From Peribolospora baueri (lineage: Eukaryota), in the NCBI GenBank assembly GCA_029717555.1, contig JAMDHS010000033.1:62001-126000 (forward strand): a stretch of 64,000 bases of DNA. Direction: 5' to 3'. Positions 35,273-48,787 of the stretch are shown here, piece by piece (position 1 is the stretch's first letter; each line of letters begins with the position of its first letter). The position numbers and the translations under genes were made by a program. A model generated the notes under the pieces. That model was not told the DNA's origin and ran no database searches. It saw nothing but the letters and a program-made list of their open reading frames with translations.

Positions 35273-35513
35273 AGCCGTAATCGGGCGAGCGGGCGAGAGT
35301 GGATTTGGCAGAGGATGGGGTAACTGGGAAGGAAGGACGCTGGAGTCGGCGCTCGCCGTCTGTTTCTTTCTAACGCCCTCGTCGCCGTCGCCATTTAGTA
35401 TCGCCCCAGCGACGGTTGCCGCAGCAAGAAGGATTCATTGTACGTTCGAGGACTCCCCTTTTGGCCTTGCTCGCCATCACGACGACTAGGACAGGACAGG
35501 ATCGCCTTTGGAT

Positions 35514-38500
35514 ATGGCCCCCCGGCGCAAGAACCCGCAGATCGTGAGGTCGGGAAACGCTGGAAACTCGTCCAAGTCGTCCCCCTTGCCCTCGCGTTCC
35601 AGCACCCCCGCCGCCGCCAAGCCCGCCGACGCCGCCGCCCAGCCAGAACGAGTCCACCTCTTCCCGCCGGGCAGCAAGACGCCGCTGAACCTGCTCTACG
35701 AGCGATGTCAGAAGAACGGATGGGAGAAGCCGGAAGTGGAACCTGTAAGCTAGTGGATATCTATCTATCTGTCTGCGCCGTGCGGAAGGGCGGCTCTGTT
35801 CATCCTTTGCATGCGATCTGATCGCCTGGACAGCGTCGACGTTCGAAAGGCTTCACGGCAGTGGTCACGCTTCGCAAGGCGAATAAGAAAGACGCCTTCA
35901 AGGTGCAGTCCGTAAGGATGGAGCCTCACCCTGCACTCGAGAAGTGAGTGGAAGGTACATTCGCTCGTCGACGCTCGTCCCGCGGCAGAAGGACCCAACG
36001 CATGGCTGTTGAGCGATTTCACAGGGATACCGCGCTTGAAGCCAAGCATTGGGCGGCCACCTATGCGCTTCATCGAGTGAGTGCACTGAGAATCCTCCAC
36101 TGGCGCACGGGCTTCCCTGACGAACATTCTCGTTCTTCTGCTCTAGTTCTGCAACAATCTCTCTCTCAACAGGGTCCTGCCCCCGGGCCCAAAGGAATAC
36201 TGGAGCGAGCTGGAAATCGCGCAGAAGAGTGCGCCAGCGCATCAGGCTTGGCAGTACGATCCAGACCCCTTCGCAGCTGCTCTTCAAGTGGAGGTCAGGC
36301 AGAGAGAGAAAGAGAAGGCGAGATCGGCGCTGAACGGTACTGGAGAGGCTGGGTCCGCATATCCTTCCGACGCCACATCTGCTCAACGGCCGAAGCTGAG
36401 CAAGGCGTGGACAGCAGCTCCGGAGGTCCGCATGGCCCCTGCTTTGCGCGAGCTCACAGAGCAGACGGTGCGGCAGATGATGGCCGTGTTTTCAGATGTC
36501 GACGGCAAAGGTGACGCAGAGAGCGATTCTGGAGTGGAGCAAGTGCCTGTCAATGTCGACCTGAAAACCCTTGCGAAAGAATTGCGACGGTTGGGCTTCC
36601 GACAAGGTCACGTAGACAGCGCCCTCAACTACCTGGTCCAGGCTCGCTCTGCCCTCGCGAACCCGACCTCGAGCGAGTCTAAGCCCTTGCTCGGTGACGC
36701 CCTGCTTCAGACTATGGCGAACGTGGACGACCGCGAGGCCGCGTTGCAGTACCTCACCGTCGTCGTCCCGGAGGACGACCAGCCAGTACAGTTCCGCCCT
36801 TCTTCGGCTTCCGCGCCTCTCATCACGTCTGCCACCTCGGCCTCCGCGGGCGAGGAGGGATTGCGACTGAATTGGACGGCAGATATGCTCGTCCGACGCT
36901 GCGGGTTTCCCAGACCAGCCGTCCTCGACACGCTTAAGGGCCAAGCACGAGGCCATGCTGGCGTGGCCATCGAGCTGATGTGCAGAACGCTGGCAGGGTG
37001 GGCCGAGGACGAAGAGTGGGGCACAAGGGCCGCCGTCCAACATATCTTTGCTTCGGTGGATGGAAAAGGGGAAGACGAAAGTCAAGAAACGATCGACATG
37101 CGGACGGAGCGAAGGATGGAAGAGCGTTCGGCTCTTGAGGCCATCTTTGGCCCTGATCGCGTGCATCCCTTTCCAGGCTCGGATACCGACTTTGAAATCA
37201 GTATGCCCTCATCATCCAATGTTCAAGACTCCATCGCACTCTATATCAGCTTCCACCCACTTTCCAAGTACCCCTCCGTCGCATCTCCCTTGCTTGCTCC
37301 GCCAATGCCAACCTTCTTCGTCACTTCGGAGACCCTGCCGGCTTATCTGCGACTTGCACTCACCGCTAGCCTCCTCAAGCAGCTAAGATCGCCGGACAGC
37401 GGCTGGTTGGGGATGCTGGAGGCGGGCGAGGGCGGCGTCATTTTCGAGATGGTCAATCACCTTGAAGAAACGTGGGAGGATGTCGTCCAGCACCCTCCGG
37501 ACGTACGCGAGGTCACTATGCCGTTCCTTCCGAAAGCGCCACCGACGTCGTCGCGGACTGTGGCGCCGCCTGACGAGGCGAAGAAGGGCAAGCGTCCGTT
37601 ATCACGCGAGCCGAGAGCCGAACGGCGGGCACCGCGCAAGGCTTTGGAGAAGAACGCCAGCCTGGACGAGCAGCTTGTCGATGCGCAAAAAGCGATGCAG
37701 GCAAGCCACGCCTTCCAGCCCATCCTCAAGGGCCGCAAATCGCTACCAGCCTGGGACGCACAAGAAACGTTCCTCGCATCTGTCGCTTCCAACCGCGTGG
37801 TCGTCGTATCGGGCGAGACGGGAAGCGGAAAGACGACGCAGCTGCCTCAATTCCTGCTCGACCATGAAATTGCCTCCGGACGGGGTAGTACAGTATCCAT
37901 CGTCTGCACTCAGCCTCGCAGGGTCGCTGCCCTGGGAGTCGCGAGTCGAGTGGCCTCGGAGCGCTTGGAGGACATCGATAAGGCCGACGGCTTGGTTGGC
38001 TATGCTATTCGTGGCGAGCGACGGGCGACTGCGAAGACGAGGCTGCTATTCGCTACGACGGGTGTACTCCTCCGACGGCTCGCCACCGGCGATCGGGAGC
38101 TAAGCGGGATCAGCCACATCTTCATTGATGAGGTTCGTACGATCGGGGTCGTAGGCTCGACGTTTGAAACCTCAGTCCTGACGTGGTTCTTGGTTCGCTA
38201 TTCCAGGTTCACGAACGTAGTGTCGATGGCGATCTACTCATGCTCGAGCTCCGCGAGCTCTTAAACAGGCGGCACGACTTGACTGTCATCTTGATGTCCG
38301 CGACTGTGAGCAGACTCGGTTGACCTAGTGGAGAGGGGGCGTTGTCGTCCTCACTCTCGCTCAACTCTTACGATGCATCCATTAACACTCTCATCTCTCA
38401 GGCAAATCAAGAGCAATTCGCGGCCTACTTTGGAGAAGCACCCAGCGTGATCATCCCCGGCATCACGTATCCCGTCGAGGACCTCTACCTCGAAGACGTC

Positions 38501-40999
38501 ATCAAAATGGTCACCTATCAGCCTCCCGTCCCGCCCCGCACATCGGGCAAAGATGCGGAGGACGAGCGCCAGTCCCGGAGGCGGAAGTTCGAAGCCATGG
38601 GCTTACCACCGGAGAAGGTCCGAGCGCTGGAAAGCCTCTCTCAGGCGACTCGCGTGGACGAAGGACTCGTAGCTGCTTGTGTCGAACACATCTTGCAGTC
38701 GCCCAAGAAGGGCGCCGTGCTCATCTTCATGCCAGGCGTGGCGGAGATTATGGGTGCGATCAGAGAGATCAAGCGCGCGTGCGGCGAGCGAGTCGTTGCG
38801 CTCCCTCTGCACTCTCAGCTCTCTAACGTAGAGCAGCGGAGCGTGTTCGCGCCTGTGCCCAACGGCGCGGTCAAAGTGATCGTTGCAACCAACGTGGCAG
38901 AGGCGTCCATAACTATTCCGGACGTTTGCTGGGTCCTCGACTCGGGCAGAGCCAAGGAGACCGTACTCGATCCCGCCATGGGCATGGTCCGTCTCGTCGA
39001 GACGTGGTGCTCGCGCGCTTCTTCGAGGCAGCGACGCGGACGTGCCGGTCGCACAAAGTCAGCACATTTTTTTTCTCACTGCGAGAACGTCCAGTTTCTC
39101 CTTAGAGTGCTGAGACATGTCTTTGCGTTTTTCCATGATCCAGGCCGGGGATCGCCTTCAAGCTGTTCACCAGGGAGCAAGAGCGAAAGCAGCCGGCCGA
39201 AACGCGTCCGGAAATGCTTAGGACCTCTTTGGAGTCTGTGGTTCTACAGATCAAGGTTTGTTTTCTCTCGTTGTTATTTCGACACTGGACAGATCTGACC
39301 GCCTCTTTGGTCCGTATGTAGGCCACCAGAGACGACGAGGACATTCGCGTGAGTACCATAGTCACACACCAGCCTCGTTTATGGAGCTGAAGGGTTCGTC
39401 TGTACCTCGATCCACACAGTCCTACCTCGCAAAGGCTATCTCTCCACCGAGCCAGGCCGCGCTCGACACAGCGATCACTACGCTGAAGAATGTCGGCGCT
39501 CTCAACGACAACCACAGGCTGACGTCGCTGGGCAAACAAGTGGCACAGCTCCCGTTGGACGTCCGCTTGGGGAAGTTACTCATCTTGGGCGCCATCTTCC
39601 ATTGTCTCGACCCCGTATTGACACTGGCGTGAGCTCACGTTCTCAGGCTCGATTCTTCGAGCTCCAACGGATACTGACACTTCCTTGTGCCCCCCTCTCT
39701 TTCCCTTCCACTATACCCTAGAGCCATCCTTTCCGCCGGAAAACCACTCTTCAATGCACCCTTCGACAAGCGTGAAGATGCCAACGCCGCTCGAGCGAGG
39801 TTCCAGAACGGTCAGAGCGACTTCTTGACCGACGTGAGGGTTTTCCAAGAGTATAGCAAGTTGCAGGGTGGCTTCAAGATTGCGAGGCAGTTTTGCGAGG
39901 TGAACGAACGTCCATCGGCTTCTTGGAGTCTCTTCCCTACCTGCTTCGGGTCTATTACTGACGTTTCCGCTTCCCCTCTGTCAGGACAACTTCATGTCTC
40001 CGTCGACATTACGAGACGTATCGTCGCTCCGGATAGAATTACTCGGTCACCTCAAGGAGCAGGGTTACGTGGACAGGACCGCAAGGACGGACAGGCTGGA
40101 CGATGTGAACCAAAACGGGGACAACACGAACCTCGTCTCGTCGCTCGTCGCGGCAGCGTTCTACAATGTTGCACGCATCGGTGAGCGAATAGGCCGAGCT
40201 TGGCCTGGTGGACGCCGGACTGATCCATGTCGTGCCGCATCTCCGGATCCGATCGGGACGCCCTGTAGCTCTACCCGCTCAAAAGTATGAGAAGACAGCC
40301 GAAGGCACTCTGGCAAAGGACGCAGAAGCAAGAAGCTTCAAGTTCTTCGACGAGCATATAGGTGAGAGCTTTGATTTTGTCAAGTGACTGATCTTACGAC
40401 ACCAGTGTGGCCGAATCCAATATTGACTGTTCGTTGCACTCGGCTCACGCAATGGCGGGCGATGCATCCTCCCATAAGGTCGCGTCTTCCTTCATCCTTC
40501 TTCCATCCTGTTCTCTGCCTCGAGCTTCTCGTCCACCTTCCTGACGTACTTCTCGAAGAGCGCCTCTGGACAAGGAGCGGCTAGCAAGGTGTACTTGCGC
40601 GGCGCCAGCGTGGTGAGCGAGCTGGTCGACCCATTGTGTCCTCGTTCAAGATTCGGCAGACACTAAACTCACTTGCGTCGGATTGCCGGCCTATCATCCC
40701 AGGTCCCGCTGTTCGGCCTCCTCCTTCTTTACGGCGGCGCAGGCCAGGTCAAATTGCATTCCTCCAAAGGCGGCATCTCCATCGGAAGCGGTGACGACGG
40801 CAAGGAAGATGAAGGCTGGCTGAAGATGCGCGCATCGGTGCGCATCGGCGTGTTGGTCAACCACCTGCGCGTGCTCCTCGACCGCCTGCTAGGTTCGTGC
40901 GTGGACAATCCGCACAGGCTGGTCGAGCTCGAGGAAGGCGAGGGGGGCGCGGTGGTGCAGACCATGTTGCAGTTGATTGCCAAGGACGGCTTGGCGTAG
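35514..40999 (+). CDS. DEAH-box RNA helicase, DHX57/YLR419W-like (RWD-like region, HA2, OB-fold)
   Basis: GETGSGKTTQ, TQPRRVAA, FIDEVHER (spliced), LMSAT, ATNVAEASITI, QRRGRAGR, LTSLGKQVAQLPLDVRLGKL. Confidence 0.92.
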
Positions 41000-41434
41000 A
41001 TCCCGTCCTCTCATACCATTCCCTACCTTTCCTCCGTCATCGGTCACTTGGCATGAACACATAGAACCATAACAGGCACGGCCTTTCCCACTTCCTCCCT
41101 GTGCTATGTGGATAGACGCACATCAGAAATGGAATGGACGGTCAGTCCATCCCTAACGACTCTTCATGATGCCACCTTGGACTCTATTGTTTCGCCTTCC
41201 TTTTGACCCTTTCACCGCCGGCCGGGTCGTCTGTTCTCGCGCCCGGGCACCGTATGTGTGCATGATGTATGAACGTCGGTAACAAGCCAACTCTCTATCG
41301 TACAAACACCATCGGAAAAACTAACTCCACGCAGGGATGACTTCATCCGCGCTCATGCCAGTCCCCATCGTCGCATTATCCGACGGCTCTCGCACGAAAA
41401 ACCCCATTCTCAAACCCAATTCGGCTCCCGACAG

Positions 41435-44400
41435 CTAATCCTCGTCATCTGAGAACACGATTCCTCTTTGCTTCCTCGGCCTAGGCCCGCCGGTAGCCGT
41501 CACATTGCCGCCGGCGAGACCAGCCGAAACGACCGACCGGCGATCGTTATCCCCTTCTTCATCAGAGTCGTCCAGGAAAAGCGGTCGCTTCTGGCCCGGC
41601 CCCGTCGTTGCCGCCTCCGCCGTCGTAGCCGTCGTCCTGGCTCTCGCAGGGGCTTTTGGTCGAGGACGTGGTCGCGGACGGTCAGGGGAGGAGTCCGCAG
41701 GGGTGATCGGCTCGTCATCTTCGTCTTCCTCCCCGTCGGCGTCCTCGGCGTAGTTGCCATCCAAAGGGTAACCAAAGTCTGCTCCCCCCTTTGCCACAGT
41801 GATCGCCTTGGCAGCAGTGGGAAGAGCCGCTGAAGCCTGCGGAGGCTTCCCTTGTGGCAAACCAGCCTTTGAGGCCCTCGCCTTCTCCCTCTCCCAAAAG
41901 TCGCCCAAGTTGGCCAGTTCCTCGTCCGAGTCCTCGATGAACTGCGCAGTGACGTAGCTGTGCACATCGACCCGTTTGTGCCTGCGCGTCTTCGAGCCCG
42001 CTTCCCGGTCTCCCTTGCTCTTGTCGCGCTTCCTCTTCTTCCTTTTCTCCTTCTTTTCCTTCTCTCCCACAGACTTGAGCTTCTTTTTCTTCTTGGACGG
42101 ACGCACGCGCAGGCGAGGATCGCCTTGGCTGTCCACCGAACCGGTCTCGGAGAGTGAAAGTTCGACGTCGTCCATCGCATCCGTATCGACGTCACCATGA
42201 CTGATGCTGCTGCCGCTGCTGCCGCTACTGCTGTCGCCGTCGCTGCTGTAGCCATCGCTGCTACCGCTACTACTAGCGGCCTGCTTCCGTCTTCGAATCT
42301 TGCGCATAACCAGGTCGCGTAGCGGCTTCCCGTCCGAGTCGAGAGGCGAACGAATAAAGTGGTCGATAATCTTGATGTCCGCGTCCAGCGCCGCCGGCAT
42401 AACGCTCGCAGGGACGGTCCATCGGTAGCCGACGCCGTGAGGATCGGACTCGTCCACCTCTAGGTTCATAGTCCGTAGAAGGAGCTTGAACTCGGAGTTA
42501 CGCGTACACGCTTCCTTCTGCTCTTCGCTCTCATACGACAGGTCTGTGTATTTAGAGCAAGGCACAGATATGGCGGGAACGTATCAGACCCACTTGTCCT
42601 CCCCTCTCTGGACGCACAAGCCAGAGCCGTTTTGCTCGACCAAGTGGAACACTCACCATGAGAGACAAACTTGGATACGGCCTCCTCGGAAGGGTTCTCA
42701 CCCAACCTGCGCTGTCGAACCGCCTCTTCGTCGTCCAGATCCTCCAGCCCGCCGTCGCCGGTGGGCGACCCGTCGGTCCGAAGAACGATGGCGTGTCGCT
42801 CCGCCGCGACAAGAGCAAGCGCGCTCTTGATCCAAGTGAGTAGTGACATCTTGCCCATCTCCAGCAGCAATCCGACAGCCACGCCCATCTGCTGAGTGAT
42901 GGATAGGCCGCGCCTCACTTGGATTTCTGCCTTGATGCGAGGTGGCTGGAGGAAGAAGCAGACACGGGAAGGGAAGAAGCGCGAGAGGCGTTTAGAGAAA
43001 GAAAGGAAAAAAAAGAATAGCAGTCAAGCTTAGGTGAGACCGACGTGCTCACCTTCTTCTCTCCTCGTTTCCTCCCACCGCGTTCGTCCTCGCCTGGCGG
43101 GCCTCTGAACCGCCTGACGTCTCCTTTATGCTTGGGGAAGAATGCTTCGACGAACACGAGCGGGTCGGAGCGCACTTGTTTAAAGAACTTGCGCAGGATA
43201 AAGGTGATGAAGTTCTCCAAGTCTTTGTACGAACCGTCGCGGGGTAGGCTCTGCACGTCGTCGAGGATACGACGGAAGAGTTCGAGGGTGGAGACCTATG
43301 AAATGAATTGTTCGCGCGGTCATGGTCAGCTCTGAACGACGATCATGGATATGAAAGGCGGTGTTGTGGGTGCAGTTGCGGGCCCACCTTGAAGAAGAGC
43401 GCGTCCGCCTTGGCTCTAACGGCCATCCTATGGAGCAGGCTGACGACACGCTTCATCTGCTCAGCATCCAAGCGCTTGTACCCGTCGAGGTAGGTGATGC
43501 AAGTGGTTGCCACGCTCTCAACCGCAAAGGCCTGTGAAAGAGACAGGGCAAACGTCAGCGTTCAAGTCGCCACGACAGCGGAAAAGGAGGCTCGCACAGA
43601 TCCTACCTGTTCAAACTTCTCGAAGGTGAACGTATGCTCGGCGAAGGAGATTGCGTCTGTGCCATCCTCCTCATCCTCCTTGTCCTCTCCTTCCATATCC
43701 AGACCTGCACCTTTATCGCCTTGGTCTTCGCCCTCGCCATTGTTCTCCTCTCCATCGCCTTTCTTCTTCCTGTCCTTCCTCTTCGCCCTCTTCTTCCTCA
43801 CATACATGTACTCCCTCGTTTTTGAATACCTCTCGAGCATGCGTAAGAGCACGAAGGCCAGGTGAAGAATCGAGTCGAGGTATGCCAAGCTTTGGTCCTT
43901 GTAGCTCGAGAGCATGGAAACGACCGTGTCGAGAATGTCGCCTTCGTAGTAGAGTTGGTTCTGGAGCACGGTCGCCACATCTTCGTATTGCTCTTCCCCG
44001 CTCATCGAGAGCGCTTCGATGGTCAGGAGCTACGACGTTTCGTCGCATCGGACATGCGAATGATACGAGTGAGGTCAGGTCAACTCAGCCGTCGCCCGCG
44101 ACACTATGCAAAATCGACACGATGACAGCGGCGGCGGCGGCTCACCAGCTCTGTGAAACAATCGACAGCGGCATGCATCTCCATCCAAAGCGGTGGCTGG
44201 CAGTGGTGTAACGGAAGCGATCAAGCGAGCAAGAGGTTGAGCGCAGCCTACGAAGACTCTAAAGACCGAAGACGGTCGTTCGCTCACCTTCTCGTCCATC
44301 GCAATTCTCATCCTGCCGCTAACGAAGCGAATACACCAGCCCTCGATGACCTCTGCAACGAGATCAAAATCATGTCCCTCCTCGCTCTTTCGATCAATGC

Positions 44401-46293
44401 CTTTGGCTTTCTCGTAAGACTGGAGAAGGAGGAAGTATTCGAGGAAAAACCGCGTCATGAAGAGGAGACGGGCGTAGTCGGTCTGGGTAACTTTGGGACG
44501 CTCGGCGCGCATGTCTTTGATGATGGAAGCAATGAAGGCTAACGAAGGGGCGAGGGATGTTGAGACCAGTTTGAGGCCACGGAATCAGTGGCGGCCAATG
44601 GAAGGAATTGGAGCAGCAAAAAAAGGGCGAAGCAAGCCAACCCACTGTTGAAACACTTTTCAATAAAGGTCTTGGCAGCACCTTGTAGACACCCAACGGC
44701 GGGGGCGGTGAGCGTACACTGAGGACGCAGCTCGTCTTCTTTGCGCGTGCGCCTCCATCGCGCCTTCTTGCCCTGGTCCATTACCTTGTCCGGGGCGGTC
44801 GAGATGGCGTTCGGCTTGTGCAAGTTGTACTTTTGATCGCCCTGGGCGGCAGTGTAGGAAGACAAAACCGTAGTCAGTCGAGCAGAGCGGGAAGGGAAAA
44901 AGCCGGAGGGACAAGAACGACGGCTCACAGCGAAGACGGCGACGGTGGTTCCGAAGCGACTGTGTCTGCCGAAACTGTTCCTGCTCTGAATCTTACGCGC
45001 CCTCTCCTCCCTCTTGAGAACATCCGACAACCTGGACGCGGGAATGTCCTTGGTCTCCCTGACGAGCTCTTTGGGAGGCACGGTGCGAAACAGGAGGTGT
45101 AGAAGGTCAAGAGCGAGCATGTTCCAAGGGTTGAAGTCGGGCGTGTCGGAGAGGGAGGCGATAGTGAGGATCACATCAAGGATGGATTCGTGGTGATATT
45201 GGACGATCAGATCGCTCTGTGGCAACATTGTAAAGAAACGGGGAGGCGTAGAATGAGTTGTAGGTCAAACATCTGAGATGGGATAAGGACGTACCTGCAG
45301 AGTGGAGTGAGTGATCGTCTCCGAAGAGGATAGGGACGTGGCTACCGGATCGCGGATGGCGGCCAAGTTGCGGAAGACGTGAAGGACGAGGTTGACAGTT
45401 CGTTCGTCTCGCTCTGTTCTTTCTCTAATTGAAGGATCAGACGAGCAAGCAAGTTGATCAGTCGGTTTCCTCCGACGCAATCGCCGGTGGTGGGGGAACA
45501 AGCGAGGGGTTGTGCGCTTACCGCCTGTTCTTCGAAATCGCTGGCCCCAGGATGCTTCTCGTGATGGCTTGAAGCACACGAGGCTCGCGGAGTATAGCCG
45601 CCTTGTAAGCGACTTGAGCAGTGTCCAGTTCCGTTAGGTCGCCAACGGCGCCCACGTCGTCGAGCTCGCGAAGCTCGTCCACCGCACTGAACGGCCAAGT
45701 AAGAACGTTGATGAGGTCGACTGTGACCAGGAAGGCGTTCAAAGGAAGAACGCAGGGCAATTCCATGTTCCCATCAGCTAAATGAGGTCCCGGAGACTGC
45801 TCGAACGCCGACACGTGCAGGTGGGGGACTCACGACACGCCAGTGCTATTCGGTCCTCGCTCTGCCCCTTGCCTGCGGTCTGAACGAGGATGGGGATCAG
45901 CTCCTTGGGCAGGAGACCAAGTCTGTAAAATATGCGAGCCACCGTCCTGTCGTCGTCGGTGTCGTAGCGACTCCACACCCTTTTGAGGTCTCGCAAGCAG
46001 CCTGAGCGAGTCGGTGGGGCCGGCGGAAGAGGCAAGAATGAGGATGAGCTGCCAGAAGAAGTGAGCATCCAAGGAAACACGGCAACGACTGCCTCACCCA
46101 AGCACTCGTCTCCCAGCTCGTACTCTTTCACCAGCGACCCGTCCGGGCGTAGCGTGTCTTGCCATCCACCGAGCGCGCTGATGGTGGCAGAGATGGCGGA
46201 GTAGAGGACGTCGTAGAGCGACGGCTCCCCGGGGTCGAGCTCGCTCTCGGGCTCGCTGGAGCCATCAGAGACGACGGCCGCGGAGATCGGCAT
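41435..46293 (-). CDS. TOF1: Replication fork protection factor Tof1/Swi1/Timeless
   Basis: ISALGG...YELGDECLG|CLRDLKR, VLTWP, RNLAAIRD, GRHSRFGT, LYYEGD, YVRKK, LLHRMAV, FVEAFFPK. An alternative in-frame ATG lies at 46317. Confidence 0.92.
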
Positions 46294-46684
46294 CTCCTTC
46301 GAGCTTCTTCCGAGCATCCTTGGGTTTGGCCGCTTGAGGTGAATGGACGGACGAGGCCAATCTGATGGGTTGGGGTCCGTGTCACCGCCCCATCGCCGTC
46401 GCCGTTGCCGTCGCGTCGCGTCGAGCGTCCGATTAACTCCATTTACGCGGTTCGCGTCAAGCCGGATGGCGTGGCCACGCTTATGCCCGCGTATCTCCAC
46501 CGCATTCCACACCGCCTCGCGTCTTCTCCCGCGCCTTCACAGCCTGGCTAATTAGGGTTTATTAGCCTCAGCCTCGCCCAGCCGGCGACCTTGTCCTTCT
46601 TCCCATTCTTCCTTCCCGTCCCCCAACATCAACTTCTCCGTTAGCGCTGCTCTCCTTTCGTCAGCTTCGCTCTCGCTTGCTGCT

Positions 46685-48232
46685 ATGCCCTCCGTCGACG
46701 TCGCTGCCCTCCGCAAGCGCTACCAGGCCGCCGGCCAGGAGCACCTGTTCTCCTTCTGGGACGAGCTGACGCCCGACCAGCAAACGTCCTTCGCCCAGCA
46801 GCTCTCCGAGCTCGACGTCGAGCGCGTCAACAGAGTCTACGAACAGGCCATTCAGGCTGCTACTGCCAAGTCGTCCAGCGGTGCGAAGATCGAACCCCCG
46901 CCGCCGTCGAGCACCCAGTCCATCGTGGGCCAACCGAAGAAGGAGGCCGACCTGCGCAAGGTCGGCCTCGAGGCCATCGCGAACGGACAGGTGGGCGTCA
47001 TCCTTATGGCTGGCGGTCAGGGCACTCGACTGGGCAGCAGCGCACCCAAGGGGTGCTACGACATTGGCCTGCCCAGCCACAAGACTCTCTTCCAGCTCCA
47101 GGCCGAGCGCATCGCTCGCTTGCAGACAGTCGCCGCTCAAGCGGCCGGGAAGAAGGAAGGAGAGGTTGTAATTCCCTGGTACATCATGACCAGCGGCCCG
47201 ACGAGAAAGGCTACAGAGACCTTCTTCCGGGAGAAGAAGTTTTTTGGCTTGAAGGAGGAGAACGTGATCTTCTTCGAGCAGGGTGAGCTAGCCACCACGT
47301 CGTCCGATCGAGTTGGGCCCGAGCTCACAACGTCTCTCGTTCTTTTAGGCACCCTCCCCTGCTTGTCCAACGAAGGCAAGATCCTCCTCGAGACCAAATC
47401 CAGCATCGCCGTCGCGCCAGACGGCAACGGGGGCGTATACTCGGCGTTGCGTGGGCCCACGTCGGCGCCAGGCGGCTTGTCGGTCATCTCGTCGCTCTCT
47501 CAGCGCAACATCCTCTACCTGCATGCGTACTGCGTCGACAACTGCCTCGTCAAGGTCGCCGACCCGGTATTCCTCGGCGACTGCATCTCCACGCAGGCCG
47601 ACTGCGGCGTTAAGGTGGTGCGCAAGACGCGGCCGTCGGAATCCGTGGGCGTGGTGGCCTTGCGAGATGGGAAGTTCGGCGTGGTGGAGTACTCCGAGCT
47701 CCCATCTGAGCTGGCGGAGAAGAGAGACGAGACGAGCGGCGAGCTGGCGTTCCGAGCGGCGAACATCGCGAACCACTTTTACACCACCGACTTCCTCTCC
47801 ACCCGCGTGCCCGCCTTCGAGAAGGAGATGGCGTTCCACATCGCGCGCAAGAAGATTCCCACCGTCTCACTGGACGCCTCTAACAGGGGCGAGTCGATCA
47901 AGCCGAGCAAACCGAACGGGATGAAGCTCGAACTGTTCGTCTTCGACGTCTTCCCTTACACCGAGCACCTCGCCGTGCTTGAAGTGGCGAGGGAAGAGGA
48001 GTTCAGCCCGCTCAAGAACGCGCCGGGGACGGGAAGCGACGACCCGGAGACGAGCAGGAGGGACCTGCTGGCGCAGCAGAAGAGGTGGCTCGAGGCTACC
48101 GGCGCCGAGGTCGCCGCCGAGGTCGAGCTCAGCCCGCTCGTCACCTACGCGGGAGAGGGACTCGAAGGCGCCAAGGGCAAGCGCTTCGACGCCCCCAAGG
48201 TCGTTGAGAGCGCCGCTCACCTCGCCGCGTGA
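46685..48232 (+). CDS. UAP1: UDP-N-acetylglucosamine pyrophosphorylase
   Basis: LMAGGQGTRLGSSAPKG, WYIMTSGPT, FFEQG, APDGNGG, YCVDN, VVEYSE, KLELFVFDVF, EFSPLKNA. One 66-nt intron at 47283-47348. Confidence 0.97.
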   Translation: MPSVDVAALRKRYQAAGQEHLFSFWDELTPDQQTSFAQQLSELDVERVNRVYEQAIQAATAKSSSGAKIEPPPPSSTQSIVGQPKKEADLRKVGLEAIANGQVGVILMAGGQGTRLGSSAPKGCYDIGLPSHKTLFQLQAERIARLQTVAAQAAGKKEGEVVIPWYIMTSGPTRKATETFFREKKFFGLKEENVIFFEQGELATTSSDRVGPELTTSLVLLGTLPCLSNEGKILLETKSSIAVAPDGNGGVYSALRGPTSAPGGLSVISSLSQRNILYLHAYCVDNCLVKVADPVFLGDCISTQADCGVKVVRKTRPSESVGVVALRDGKFGVVEYSELPSELAEKRDETSGELAFRAANIANHFYTTDFLSTRVPAFEKEMAFHIARKKIPTVSLDASNRGESIKPSKPNGMKLELFVFDVFPYTEHLAVLEVAREEEFSPLKNAPGTGSDDPETSRRDLLAQQKRWLEATGAEVAAEVELSPLVTYAGEGLEGAKGKRFDAPKVVESAAHLAA

Positions 48233-48787
48233 CCGAACGAACGAGATAGGGCACGCGCAGCGTCCTATCCGGCCCGCATCGCGGCGTCTGCTTTTTTTTT
48301 TTTCTTATTATTTTTTCCGCTCTTTGTCACGGACAATCGAGGTCTCATGGGTCTCGGCGATGACTTGTATACCTTCTACCGGTCTGACCATTCATAACGT
48401 ATGCACATTAGGTAGTAATACAGTATACGTTATCCTCTTGCTCTGCGCTAGGCTCGTCGCAAGCTCGTATTCATTAACGCGTCGACGCGAATGCCGAGTC
48501 GAGACGCGTCCGACGATCGTCCGCCGCCATCCTCAATCCGATCTTCCATGCCTCGACCTCTCACCGTCATTCCGCCCTTTCGTCTTGCGGCCTTTCACTC
48601 GCCTCGACGAGCAGTCCCTGCCTACGCTCCTCATCCCAACGCACGCCCCATCGTGTTTTCCGCGCTCCTCCGTGCAAACCGCCCGCCTTTCTCGCGAGAA
48701 ACCCCGCCGCTGCCTCATCGCTCGCTCTCGCGCCTTCTCGTCGTCCGTCACCCCTATCGCTCCTTCATCGCCACCCCCTTCGCCCAC

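Noticed and set aside
47283..47348. Apparent 22-aa insertion in UAP1
   Set aside because: It is a canonical 66-nt GT-AG intron that happens to be in frame and stop-free.
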